A stretch of 63,171 nucleotides of DNA, counting the filler, from Intoshia linei (Eukaryota; Animalia; Orthonectida): the NCBI GenBank assembly GCA_001642005.1. It is 4 parts of 4 records of this genome, joined end to end, with 100 filler letters (N's around TTAATTAATTAA, not from the genome) between each part and the next. Parts side by side here need not be neighbours in the genome. Positions count along the whole stretch, not along the records: positions 1 to 23,256 come from LWCA01000563.1; positions 23,357 to 44,801 come from LWCA01000646.1; 2 more parts are not named here. One strand, 5' to 3'. The notes below the pieces were generated by a model. The model made no database searches. It was not told the origin of the DNA and worked only from the letters and a program-made list of their open reading frames with translations. Of this stretch, positions 11,313 to 24,619 are shown piece after piece (positions within the stretch are counted from its first letter, which is position 1; each line of letters begins with the position of its first letter). Made by a program: the position numbers and the translations under genes.

Positions 11313-14300
11313 ATGATGTTACCTGAAAATCGTAATGCATTATTATTTCAGTTTAACTTATTTATAGGTAAACTAAAACCCTACGAAAAAAGTCTTAATG
11401 CACCATCCGGTCAAAGTACTTTAAAAAGTTCAGGTAATTTATCAATTTGTTTTTCAAAAATATAAAGAAAATTATTTATTCAGTTTATTGCCCAAACAGT
11501 TCTAAATTATCAAAGCAAATGATTAGATATGAAAATATGGTATCTCATTGTGAAAAAATTCAGAATGCAACATGTTAGATATACTTGATTATAATAATAA
11601 TAATTTTATAATGTATTATTCCATCAATATTACATTATGTTTGTATTATGTATTACATATTGTATTATGTTTTAATTATAATATCAAATTAATTTCATTA
11701 AAATTATTTCAAATTTTCATTTATTAGCTTGTGTGGACAACAAAACTCCAGTTTCAATGATGTCCAGTCAGAAAGGTATCGTTTATGAATTAATGATTAA
11801 TATTTAAATTCTTTATAAAATGTAATTTCAGAATTTTTTAAATTTTTTAACATTGTAATTACCAATTAATTAAACCAAATTCTACGAATAAATTAATAAA
11901 TTATAATTCTGCATATAGTTAGAGAACGTTTACAAAGAACGAAAAAGGATGATTCAAATATATTAAACAAATCTATATTATTAAAATTAAAAACCAATTC
12001 GAGTGAAAGCAAAACCACCGACCCGTCAACTAGTTTAGCTGTTTTGTCAAATACAACTAGTACAAGTAAAGATAAATCTACAAAAAACAATGAAAATACT
12101 ACAAATGATGGTAGTGTGGTATCCGACCTTTCAAGAATTCGTAATTTAAAACAATCCCTACGATTAAATCAACCTCAAATTAACTACTACAAGGCAATGC
12201 TAAAAAAGCATAACCAAGTTGAATTGTCTTCAAATAGACAACGAGTTTTGGAAACCATTAAAGGCGGTAAGATATCTGGGGATGTAATTGAAAAACGATC
12301 AAATCTTTTTACAGAAAAAAATACATTCTCTCCGCGCATTCTCAATACCAACGTTTTAGATTTTTCTTTTTATTTAATTTTTTTATTTAGGCAAAATCTC
12401 GATTAGCCCAATCCTCATTTTATCAAGCTCCAAATAAAAATATAAATAAAGGTACATAATAATTTTAACTGTTGCTAAAATTATAGATCAAGATCAAATG
12501 ACGGCATATTTTGGGGATTTGAATATGGACGACACGTTAAAAGATAGTACTGCCAAAGAACCTAATGTCAATGGACTAGTTCCACGGTTAGACATATCGA
12601 GAGATAAAGATAATCAAAAATGGTTAAATAACAAAAATATGAAAAGAAATGATGCTACACTTAAACCATTGTCAAACATGCGATTGACTAAATCTACAAA
12701 TACAAATACGCACAATAAAATCAAAAAACTAAAAAACCGAAGCAAATCAGAATATGAGTATAGTACGCCTAGACATTCGTCAGATCAAGATAAATTGAAT
12801 ATGACACTTAGACGATCCGAATTGGATGATTTGTCTTTTTCATTCATGAGGGATAGTGCATCGGATTTGCAGATTAGCAAGTTATACATTATTATCAATT
12901 ATTTATATTTACAGATAGTATATTTATAATTGGTGCGTTTGTTCAGAAATTATTCAACTAAACTAAACATTCACAGAAAACTAAACATTCTAGAATTTAA
13001 AAAAAACAAAATTATTAGACAGCTTTTTATTTAATTTCAATATCTGAAATTAACGTCTTCAATTTTCTAGGTCAATAACGTTTATATACAACTTTAGTTG
13101 ATTTTCAAATTTACAGTTTACAAGTGTTAAACTAAAAATAGATGTTGACATTTTAAATCAGGATCACTGATTTCACCCTGACATATCCAAATAGTTGTGA
13201 TGAATAATATAAATTTTAAATTTTAAACATTGTTAATCCTTTTTTTATTTTTTATCACTTAATTTTTAAATATCCTTAAAAACCCTACAAAATTTTTGTT
13301 CAATAATTGAACAAAAAAAATTTCCTTAACCCTATGATACATTTGACCTATATTTTCAAAATGTGTTAAAATACACGAATAAATAATTTATATGGTTACA
13401 TTATATATAATTGGTTATATAAATTACGCAGAAATGTTTCGAAATGTCTCAAAGGGTTAAAAACCTTTCAAAATGTTGGTCTTAAGTATCTTCAAAATCT
13501 TAAAAATTGAACTATTTTTTAAAATCATACAAAATTTTTGCTTAAAGGAACCTAAAAAAATTACAAAAAAATCAATGATTACCAAAATCTATTATGTCGT
13601 TCAACTAAATGTTCGCCAGCATGTTAATATAGATTAATACATGTTACATTGTAGCACGTATAAATGATTGAGAAAATTCTACTTTATATAATGAAAAATA
13701 AAATTTTAATTTAGAGAAGAAGACATGGAATATCTAGATTTTATGAATGAAATAACTACTGACATAGTTAAAAGAGGAATATTTACTAATCGTATGATTC
13801 GAGCAACTCTTGAAGCTCACGTAAAGCGAAAAGAAAACAAACTAAAATTGGTATTTTTATAAAAAATCCTAACTTATATAAATTGCGACACGATTTTTGT
13901 TTGTGTGTGGGTCTGTGTGTGGTTGTTCAGCTTTATTTAAATAACTACCCGTCTTAGAATTTTTTAAAGACCACATTACAACTACAGTTTTTTTTCGGGA
14001 CGTATATTAAGATATATTTTTATCTCCAAATTTCACATCTTAAAGGTCAAAAACCCCAGTTGTCTCTCTTTTTGAAAATCAAACGAGTTGGAGAATTTAA
14101 AAAAAAAATATTCTGATAGAGTTTATTCCAGTTGATATAAATACAAAATTTCAACCCATGAAATTTACGCATTCTTGTAATTGTAATTGTTTTTAAATTC
14201 TTTACGCAAATGTTAACAAAACAAATGATTGATAATAGTTAATAGTAGAATTTTTAAGTTAAATTTTCAACGTGAATTTATTTTTTTGGTATAATAAAAG

Positions 14301-14886
14301 AGTGCCTCGGCAAAGCTAGGTGCTTTTGTACGTATAACAAAACTACCAAGCTAGTGTTAATATAATTTTTAAATGATGAGTGGCAGAGCGTGCCTCGTCC
14401 TATCTAAATTCCTGGTTTAAAAACTTAAATTATAAAATTTAGGAAAAATTACGTGAAATAACAGAAAAAGTAAAAGAAGCATTAGGAATTCCAAATTCAG
14501 AATATTCAGATGATAGTAATTTGGGAGTTTGTTACACGCCGCATAAATATAGAAAAATTAAAAAGGACTTAAAAAAAGAAACGGAAAAAACCGATTACAG
14601 TGAAACAGATGATTGCTCATCTGTAAAATCATCGTTCAAAAATAAATTGAAACTTGAACAAAGAATTCAACACTCTGACAGCTCCGAACACTCTCAATGT
14701 TTTGTAAAGTCTCAATCGGAAAAGTTACCAAACATTTCAGAAAAACCGAAATCTAATCAAAATTCAAAAGCGATTATGAAAACTAATCAACGACAAAGTA
14801 GTCCAGAAACTACTGAACTTGTAAATCAAAATATAACCAATAACACTGATGATTTTTCTTCAGATGATTGGATGTCACAATTTTAA
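11313..14886 (+). CDS. SPATA7: Spermatogenesis-associated protein 7 (ciliary HSD3 family)
   Basis: Spliced peptides ENMVSHCEKIQNATSCVDNKTP, SGDVIEKRSNLFTEKNTFSPRILNTNAKSRL and EEEDMEYLDFMNEITTDIVKRGIFTNR match the conserved SPATA7 blocks. Confidence 0.8.
13330..13456. mobile_element. piggyBac-type MITE (127 bp)
   Basis: TTAA flanks; TIR CCCTATGATACATTT vs reverse complement of right end CCCTTTGAGACATTT. Confidence 0.8.
13867..14354 (+). mobile_element. Non-autonomous Helitron, full-length copy in SPATA7 intron
   Basis: A|TCCTAACTTATATAAA 5' end, (GT)n-like tract, 3' degenerate hairpin, CTAG|T end, no TSD. Confidence 0.8.
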
Positions 14887-15170
14887 ATTTTTAATAAAAA
14901 TTTAATTTTAAAAGGTTGTTGAAAATTACACGACCAAAAATCCGACTTGGCTACCAGTTGACTGGACTAATAATTTAAAAAATTTTGAAATGTTATTACC
15001 AATAATTGTTAAATTTAAACGGGCACATTGGCTACATGTCATGAATGAAAAAGAGTGTATCCATTTCTTTATGTAAAAAAGGCATAATTACAGAAAGGTT
15101 TTACTGAATGGAAATTTTTCAAAATAATTTAATTATAACAGTTAATGTACAAAAATATTAATATTAATAA

Positions 15171-18100
15171 TTAATCTGAGGTATCATCATCTGAGTGAAA
15201 AAAATTGATAATTATTCTTTGAGATTTTTTAAATAACACATCACTTTGTTTATACTGTAATTCAAACAACACATCCATACCTAGAACAAAATTTTCAAAC
15301 AATAATACTCATCAAATTACCGTCAAGTTCTTCAAATGCATAAGTAAAAAAATTTGGTTGTTTCTCTTCTCCAAGGTTAAAAATTTTATATAAACAATCT
15401 AAGGTCTTGTCAACAATTTTAAAATCATTTTTTTTTAAAAGTCGAATCATACATTCCAATAATCCTTGTGAAACAATAGATTCTGCAATGTCATATGTTC
15501 CTTCAGCTAAAATAAAATTTCAAAAAGGACAAATAATATACCGTTACCCAACATGTTGCACAAAGACCATAAACCTAAAATATTGTTACAATTTAAAAAA
15601 AATGAACACCTTCTTTTTGTAATTGCATATTGTCCTCCTCAAAAACACTTTTAACAACTTTTAAACCACCATCATCAATAAGTTGCTAATATTATAGTAA
15701 CATACATCTTCAAATAAATGTACCTTGATTTGAGATGGGTTTCCGGCAGCGATATTAGAAAGTGCCCAAAAGGCTTCTTTTCTAATAAATTTACTTATAT
15801 GTTTCGCTCCAGCTATATTTATCAATACTGGTAATACGGATGCATCGATTGCTAACTTTATAATTGTAAATGAATTAAATAATCAAAGATTTTTTTACCT
15901 GTGTTTGTTTTTCACTACCCGCTAAAATATTTCCAATGGTTCGTAAAGCAGGATTTATTAATTCTTGGTTTGGGTGTCTAAATATTTCAATGCATTTTGG
16001 AGCGATTATATACATTATAAATGTTTCAGGGTATAACTTATCTTGTAAGTGTTACAATACTATTACAATTATATTAATCCAAACAAAATTTTAAATATTT
16101 TATTTTTAAAATAAATTTGATTATTTTAAATATATGTACTTACAAAACTATTTCAATCAAACGATCCAGAATGCCTGATTCCAGAACTAGTGTCATTCTT
16201 TCACATGGACCGTCACATATATAGGCTAATATCCAAAGTGAATTTCTTAATATATGTTCATTGTCGCTGTATATAAGCTTGGCGGCCAAATTCAAGATTT
16301 GTTTAATCTAAACACTTCAATAAACATAAGATAAGAAATAATGCACTTAAAAAGTCCGCGCGTTACACCTTATATATTATCCTTACTTATATAATATGCT
16401 ACGCAATATTTATTTGTGTGTGTGTTACCGTTTATTTCAATAACTACCAATCTTATAATATTATAAAATCCACATTTCAATCACTGTTTTTTCTGAGGAT
16501 GTTAGCAAAATAAATTTCAACCGCCCAAACTCACATCTTACGAATCAAAAGCCCTAATTGTCCTTTGTGCATTGAACGTCTACACATTTTCAATAAGGAA
16601 ATATGGGTTTAAATCTAAATAATTCATTCCTTCGGAATTTTTTTCACTGCTACGCAATTTTTAAATCTCAACTTCTCATTTCCAAAATATTTTTTAAAAA
16701 TTTAAATTCAAATTACAACAACGATTACTAAAAGTAATACAACTTTGTTATTATGATTTTTATATTTATGAAAATTTTTAGGATTGGACTGTTTTTACTT
16801 TATTTTTAATATTATACACACATTTTGTCTAATAAAATTGGACTGTTTTTACTTTATTTTTAATATTATACACACATTCTGTCTAATAAAATTAAAAAGT
16901 TTTAACTTTATTTTTAATATTATACACACATTCTGTCTAATAAATTAAAAAAATGGGATAATAAATGTTTTTAAAATTCTTTATGCAAATGATAAAAAAA
17001 AATTATGATGGAATATTCATTTTAAAGTAAAAAGTAATGTAATATAATGGTTCCACCTGAAACAAGTTTGGGAACCACTCCTTTAAAGAATTAATACTAG
17101 TGAATAATAAAATTTTTAAGTTAGATTTTCAACGTAAATTCATTTTTTTAGTAGAATAAAAATTTGCCTTCGGCAGAGCTAGGTGCTGTTTGTATGTAGT
17201 ACATAACAGTCAACCTAGTAGATGTATAAAGGACTACTGTAACGATTAATTTTTATTAAATACCTAATATTGTTTATAATATAATTAAAATACTTCTTTG
17301 ATTGGAGTAGGTGAATCTTTTCTTCTACACATATTTGATAAACACCATATAGCCTGTATTTTTACATCAATATGCGTTGTCGTCTTATCCACCAACCTTT
17401 TATAACAAAAATATAAATATTAACACTAGGATTCACAATTATTCCAAAAATGGAAAAACCGGTTTTCGAATAATTCGGGTTAATTTAAAAGCGATTAATC
17501 GATTTATGGGAAATTTTTTTTTAAATAAAAAAATTTCAAATATCCAAATAATACCCTACAATTAGTTAAACTTGTATAATATTTTTTAATGGAGATTTTT
17601 CAATATTATTTTGAAGTCAATTAAGTTTTTTCAAAAAAATTTTCACGTACCAGTATTGATCCGCAGACCGGTATTTGGGGAACGATGATATCAATAAAAT
17701 TAATACTTACGAAATCAGACTAGTTATAATATCATAATTGATTAACAAATTTCTGTAACGCACATTTTCACCAGCAATATTACTCAATGTCCAAACGGTC
17801 TATATCGAATAAAAATAAACATTACAAAGCAATATCGGTCTTTTTGGAACCACAGTCTAGACTATATAAATACCTGTTTTAAAACACGTTGAGAATCTTG
17901 TTGACTTTTCAAAATTTTGATTAGACTGTCCAGGCAATTTGAATTAACAATAGCGCCAATATGTTCATCAAACCCACAGGCAATATTTGTTAAAATCCAA
18001 GCTATATGGAACTATTTTTATAAAAACTTTAAAAATTTAAAAAAAAAATTTAGTACCCGAATCTCTTCCATATCACAATTTAGTAATTCATTCAATCTAG

Positions 18101-19006
18101 GAAGTATATTGGCATTTATAGCGTCTTCAATAGGGGGATTTTCTGAAACAAAGTAAACATTAATTGTGATTATTTGTACATAACGGATCATTTTATACAC
18201 ACTATTATTACGACCCTACACGGGACGACATTTTCTTGTCATACCCACTCTCCCATACAAATGTTAATTAACAAACGTATCCGCCTAGAAAATTGACTTT
18301 AAACTTGATGTTCAAATGTGATTAGTACATTTATTCCTACCGATTCATGGTTTAATCGTTTAAAACTACTATATACATACGATTTTATTAGCCTTTGACC
18401 ATATGGCCACATTTTTTATTATTCGCAAAAAATTTATATTAGCGAAAACTCCCATTATAGAGTATTCATATTAACAATGTAAACAGAAAATAATATAATA
18501 CTCTTGGTTTATATTCATATTTGAAACCAAATTGTGGAATTAAAAAAACTTAAAAATAAACCAAAGGTTAGCAAAATCAAACGAATCATACCCACACATA
18601 ATAATTTTCGTAACATGAATACTTTTCTTTTAACCACATTTATATCTGGATTCCACAATCCTTTAATTAATTCTGGAGATAATGATGCCTACAATGATTA
18701 AATTAGTCAATTACATCAAAATTTACGATTAATATAGAAAAAATAGAAAATTAAATAAATAGTAATACATTGCTTGTAACGGCCATATCAATTTCACCAT
18801 TGTCGTCAAAAGTGGAATCTATATTTCGTATTTTATCTATCTAAAGTAGATACAATAAAAAAATAACAAACATAATCAAACCATTTCATTTCGATTTTTT
18901 TTTCTAAGTTGAACCACAGTTTCGATTCGTTCCAATTTTAGCTTCGTGGAATCTATATATAGTTTCATTCATTTCAAGCATAATTTTTAAATTTATATGT
19001 TCTCAT
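15171..19006 (-). CDS. KPNA: Importin subunit alpha (divergent, many exons)
   Basis: IBB-like ERIETVVQLRKK; ARM repeats NPPIE, AWILTNIA, VWTLSNIAGE, PALRTIGNILAG, RKEAFWALSNIAAG; acidic tail ending HSDDDTSD*. Start position uncertain. Confidence 0.88.
16380..17218 (+). mobile_element. Non-autonomous Helitron, full-length copy in importin-alpha intron
   Basis: A|TCCTTACTTATATAAT start, GTGTGTG tract, internal ~55-bp tandem triplication (about 16785-16948), hairpin CTGTTTGTATGTAGTACATAACAG, CTAG|T end. Confidence 0.85.
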
Positions 19007-19145
19007 GTTCCCTCTTTATATTTGATACTTACAATAACACTGTCCAACATAGCAAAAAGAAACTTAATGTAACATATATATTAAAATAATCAGCTAATTT
19101 TTGTGATTCTAACGATATACATATTTTTATAATTAAAGATATGTG

Positions 19146-19340
19146 TCTACTTAAATCCAACCATTTTTACTAAAATCCAACTATTTTTACTTAAATCCAA
19201 CCACTTTTACATAAATTCAAAATTTACCAACACTAACAGGAAAAATTCAGTATTAACAACCTTTAAAAGAAAAATCCAGTTTTACCAACCCTAAAGAGAA
19301 AATTCTAGTTTTACCAACCTTTAAAGAAAAAATCAGTTTT
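19146..19340. repeat. Composite minisatellite (~21-bp units then ~30-bp units)
   Basis: Three units like TACTTAAATCCAACCATTTT followed by TTTTACCAACCCTAAAGAGAAAATTCTAG-type units; same layout at 44120-44535. Confidence 0.7.
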
Positions 19341-20536
19341 ACAGAATTGCGAATTATCCCATAATTTTCCCAGAATTTTGAGAGAATCGAGCAAAATGAA
19401 GCTAAATTTACTGTTAGTTTAAATGTATCCCTTAAATTTTTAACCACAAAAAAACATAGTGACATGATTTACATGTCAAATAAATTTTTTATTACATCTT
19501 TTAATTAATTAAAGCGATGAGTGAATTTGATAATTGCATTCTCACGAAACATTTAAACAAGATTTATAATGCATGGACATGATTCGATAGATTAAAATAA
19601 ATTCTGTTTCATGTGTGGAATATATCTAACTAGGTCTCGTAAATTAATCTGTCAAACGAATGCCTTTTGTAATACATTTAGTATTTTATATGAAAAGCTG
19701 GTTTAAAAACAAAATATAAACTAAAAAGGTAGTTTTTCTACCAATCATTGAAATCGTGGAGATGCATTTTTAACATTTTATGAAAAAAACAATGATGCTG
19801 TTTATTCGATTAAAATTGTGGGTCTCATGAAAAAAATATTCAATTCATTTACTTAAAAGTTCATTTAAAAAAACTGTTTTTACAGATAAAAATGCATCAT
19901 CTGTAATGTCATTTGCATTTTTTAAACGAACGGATTTTTGCGGACGAAAAAAGTTAACAATTCCATAAAACTAAATGATGGATGAAAGGGCTTTTGAAAA
20001 TGTCGATTATTAAATATAATTTTTGATTTTGTTTGGTGGAGTTGTATAAAAAATAGATTTTCAATATATCTAATTGTTGCTTATTTTTATTACATTGAAT
20101 ATTTTATAAATATTTTTAATTGATACATGCCTATTCTGTTGTGCCAAATCTAGAGATAATTAATTAATTATTATGTGGTTATACAATCATAATATGTGTA
20201 GTAAATTAATTGTTTAATTTATTCATATATGGATAACGGAATATCCTAAAATTTTACTATATGCGTTTTTTTGGCCACAATTGTGTATAAAAAATACCTA
20301 ATCCTTCATTTTTATAGCGGTTTTTATTTTTGTGTTCAATGGGTTCATCTGACATGTTTTATAATATATTTTATTTGATTTATATTTGATTAATAATAAA
20401 AATGATTAAATTTGATAAAAAATTTTCATTAACAACAAAAGTTTAGATTAAAATATTGAGTGATAATATAGTTTTAAATCTAGTTAATTTTAGAATTTAG
20501 AATTTAGAATTTAGATTGATGTCACTAATGTAATAC

Positions 20537-21455
20537 AGCATAATTCCTCGTTAACGGAATAATTGATTCTAAAAAAATCTTTTTCCGATAACGAGAATTT
20601 TTTTTAAATAATGTTTACATTAAAACTGGTTCCAGATTGGGGTCCAAAATTATAGGTCTGGGGTCCGTGACATTCAAATAAAATATTGAAAAATTTTGAT
20701 CAACTTTTATATATTTTTATAGGATAATTTTTCATACTTATTACAGAGTTTCTAGATGTTGATTATCCCGAAACCTACACGATCTCTACATATTATTTCA
20801 AAAATCCCTTTTATCCACCATAAAATTTAAAAAAATAAAATTTCAAGCCTATGGGCAAAATTGACTTTTACCGATTCTTTTTTGAAAAATCCGATATTAC
20901 GAAAGCCTATGAAAAAAATACAGTTAATTAACCACAAAATAAAAATGCAATTTTATTTACAATTAAGGGAAGAATACCCTTTTTCATTTTTTTTTAAAAA
21001 ACACAATTTTACTAAAGGTTAAGAGTTAAAGTTCTTATTCCAATCCAAAATAAAACTCCAATATTACCAACACTTAAGAGAAATGTCCATTTTTTCAATA
21101 TTATTTTGAAAAATGCGATTATATTAAATCTTATGAGCAAAAACGTCCCAATCCAAAACCCAAAATAAAAAATAAAATTTTACAAGCTTCTATAAAAAAA
21201 TTCTCTTTTTCCTATAATTGCTTTGAAAAATACGATTTTACTAAATGATGAAAAACCTGTAATGTTCACATCAATGTTTTATATTTCATTTTTCCCTTGA
21301 TCTATAAAAATAAATATTGTGAAATGGGGATCCGTACACTATTTGAACCGGACCATTAAAATAAAACATTTTGATAATATTGAAAATATTTTGATTTTCA
21401 TTCAACGTAAGCTATATTTGCAGGTCATTTCATTTCATATAATTAATAATCAATC
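20537..21455. mobile_element. Composite MITE (hAT-type MITE inside a TA-flanked MITE), copy 1
   Basis: TA|CAGCATAATTCCTCGTTAACGGAA end; internal and distal sequence collinear with 28315-29010. Confidence 0.6.
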
Positions 21456-21534
21456 ATTAATAGGCACCTAAAAATGTGACTTTTGTACATGTAATTAATT
21501 ATTTAAAAATCTAAGTCAACAAAATTTAAAACAG

Positions 21535-22003
21535 ACTACTTTGGGAAAATGAAGGCTACATTTATAAAGATGAGGCCAAGGCCTCACTTGAGGAAAGTCT
21601 CGAATATGGTTGGTTCGGCTCGGTATATACATAAAAAAATAATTTATATATAGTGTTTCTTATCAATTAACTGGCCTAGAATATTAATACAACTAGGGGA
21701 TCGTTAACAACGTTTTGGAGAATCATTAACCTTAGATTATACCAGAACCATAAATCAAATGATGCTACAAATACAATGTTGATAAGTCACTACGACGTAT
21801 AACGTATTCTGAAAGTTGACAATTTAAAAGTTTGATGAACAAACAATTCTATAATAATAAAGCACTTTTTAATGTATATAAACGTAAAAGATATTCAGTT
21901 GCAGCAATTATTTTATTATATAAATATTTATTTTAATAAAGATACCGTCATTAAAAGACACATTAAATTCTTTCAGATAATTTTTACATACTTGGACTAC
22001 AAT
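21535..22003 (+). pseudogene. Exon-like fragments of an unidentified, possibly membrane, protein
   Basis: AG/GT-bounded segments give LLWENEGYIYKDEAKASLEESLEYGWFGS, SLTTFWRIINL/DYYQNHK and QLFYYINIYFNKDTV; frames do not join cleanly. Confidence 0.25.
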
Positions 22004-22090
22004 GTATCGAAAAATATGCCTATTTTTACTTATTTCTGGATTTTTTCATATTAATGCAGGCAATTTAATTAAATATTATTAATTATTATA

Positions 22091-22433
22091 TCCCTATTCT
22101 ATGTTCTACTAATAATTTTATAATACTATACACATTACATTCTGTCTAATAAATTAAAAACTTGAGATAACGATTGTTTTTAAAATTCTTTACGCAAATG
22201 TTAAGAAACAAATCATTAAGAATGAAATAATTCACTTTAAAGTAAAAAGTAAAGTGATATGATGGTTCCACCTGACACAAATTTGGGAACCACTCCTTTA
22301 AAGGATTCATAACAGTAAATAGTATGATTTTTAAATTAGATTTTAAACGTGAATTTATTTTTTAAGTATAATAAAAATGTGCCCTCGGCAAAGCTACCTC
22401 CTGTTTGTACGTAGTACATAACAGTCAACCTAG
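22091..22433 (+). mobile_element. Helitron family, internally deleted or 3' copy
   Basis: Collinear with about 16910-17218; hairpin CTGTTTGTACGTAGTACATAACAG then TCAACCTAG|T. Confidence 0.8.
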
Positions 22434-22629
22434 TTATACTATATAATAATACAATGCTAATTAATACAAAATTAAAATTGCTATTTAGCTTTCAGCCTAG
22501 GCATAAATGAGACAATTAAGTCAATAGAGGTACATTATAATTACATAAGTATACAGTTTGGTAAATAATTATTTATTGATATATCCTTAAATTTTGATTC
22601 AGTAAAGTATTTAAAAATAACGTATTATA

Positions 22630-23256
22630 CAGACCCGTCCATATGTTTTGAGCACCTTATAAAATTGTTAATTATTTTATTAATAAGTGTTTTTGTTTAA
22701 TTTATTTTATATTTCAGGGAATGTAAATATGATCGGAAGTTATTAATTAAATTTGAAGACTGTTAGATAATTATTAGATATAAGAATGATGATATTATTG
22801 AATTGTAATAATTTTAATCGTTCATATGTTTTGAGAACCCGTGATTAATTTTATGATTAAACAACATAATTAAATATATTAAATTTAAAAAGATTTAATA
22901 ATGTCAGTACTTGGTATTTCCGCCATTTACTGAACATACGTCATCTAATCTTCTTGGAATAGACTCATAAAGATTTTTGATATAATCGTTAGGTATTTTA
23001 TAGAATTTTTCCTTTGTTATTTTCCATAGTGACTCCAAATTTTGAAGAGATCGTTGACGCACCTTTTTCTTCAATTCACTCCGAAGATTTTCGATTATAT
23101 TCAAATCTGGACTTTGTGGCGGCCAATTTGGTAGCATATTTAGATGCTGACTTTGTATCCATTGGCACGTAAATCATGATGTATGAGACGAAGCACCATC
23201 TCGTTGTAGAATATATCTTGTCTCATGCATTTCGCACATATAACGTTTCAGAATAT
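22630..23256 (-). mobile_element. Tc1 transposon 3' half with IR/DR-type end
   Basis: YILQRDGASSHTS*...WPPQSPDLNIIE...IPRRL...GGNTKY; TA|CAGACCCGTCCATATGTTTTGAGCAC terminus with an internal repeat CATATGTTTTGAG near 22823. Confidence 0.9.
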
Positions 23257-23356
23257 NNNNNNNNNNNNNNNNNNNNNNNNNNNNNNNNNNNNNNNNNNNN
23301 TTAATTAATTAANNNNNNNNNNNNNNNNNNNNNNNNNNNNNNNNNNNNNNNNNNNN
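23257..23356. other. Artificial assembly spacer
   Basis: N-run/TTAATTAATTAA/N-run, 100 bp. Confidence 0.97.
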
Positions 23357-24345
23357 CCGGTAGTTTAAGATCTTCAAGAACAAATTTTAAAGATTTGTGG
23401 GCAACAGATGGTTGCGTTGTGGATGCCATTAGAGAAGTGCTATCCTATACTAAATTCCTTTTATGTCTAGATGTATAAGATTTGACAATATTTATACAAG
23501 AGAAGAAAGAAGAAAAGACGATAAACTTGCAGCTACTCGAGATGTTTTCGAAATAATTGTACATAATTTCAAAAAAAATTACAAACCTGGAAAAAACTAT
23601 GATATCATTCAGGGGGGAAGATGTGGCTTTAAAATGTATCTACCCTCAAAACGGTGTAAATATGGTTTGAAAATTTATAATGTCGTTGATTCTGAAACAT
23701 ATTATTCATGCAATATGGAAGTTTACCTAGGAAAGTGAAAAAATAAAGAAGATTATAAAACTATCAACCTTACAAAAAGAATTTTGAAACCATTTTGGGG
23801 ATCAGGACGTAATATCACTATGGATAATTGGTTTACATCTTTGCCTTTGGATTTTCAATTATGGTCAAAAAAATTAGCCATGTGTGGAACTATCAGGAAA
23901 AATGAGTCGGAATTGCCAAATATTTTTGTTTCTACTAAAAATCGAAAAATTTATTCTACTATATCAGCATATTGTGGAATAATATCACATGTAATGAACA
24001 TATAATGAAAAGATCACAAATTGTATGTAATTCCTGCAATGCGAGTATTTGTAAAGATCACGTGAATGCACTATGCCCGAATTGTTATAATGCATGTCAT
24101 TTTCATTTTGATTTCGTTTTCATTTTGATTATTATTGTTATTATTATTATTATGATTATTTATGATTATTATTATTGATTATCATATGATTTTGATTTCA
24201 TTTTGATTTTGTCAATTGATTGTTCTGTATATTTTTTTATAGCCCAATAAATAATAAAAATTTACATTTTGAAAATTTTATTGCTCTTTACAATTTTTTC
24301 ATTGTTAAAAACGTCCAAAAATGAACGTCTGCGAGTGTTTACGTT
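23357..24345 (+). mobile_element. piggyBac transposase remnant
   Basis: CIRFDN...DKLAATRDVFE, MYLPSKRCKYGLK, RNITMDNWFTS, CGTIRKN and a Cys-rich C-terminus (CNSCNASICKDH); internal deletions and frameshifts. Confidence 0.9.
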
Positions 24346-24619
24346 ATTTTTATTAGCTATGTTATTCATTTTTAATAATTTCCACTTGAACAAGAATATA
24401 TTTTTTGCTTTAAAAATAAATTATTTTATTTAAATATACTTAAAAAAATATTAAAAAACTAAATTGTATAATTAAATTTCAATCAAAAAATTATATTTTA
24501 AGAAATATAGTACTTTTAAACTTTAAATTCGATTAATGCAAATAGAACATTATAATTCTAACATACGATATAAAGATTGTTATTTTTATTGCAACACAAA
24601 CTATTATTATTTCAGAGTA

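Noticed and set aside
23257-23356. TTAATTAATTAA palindrome within N-runs (also 44802-44901 and 56869-56968)
   Set aside because: Identical 100-bp all-frame-stop linker added during contig concatenation; not biological, and linkage across it cannot be assumed.
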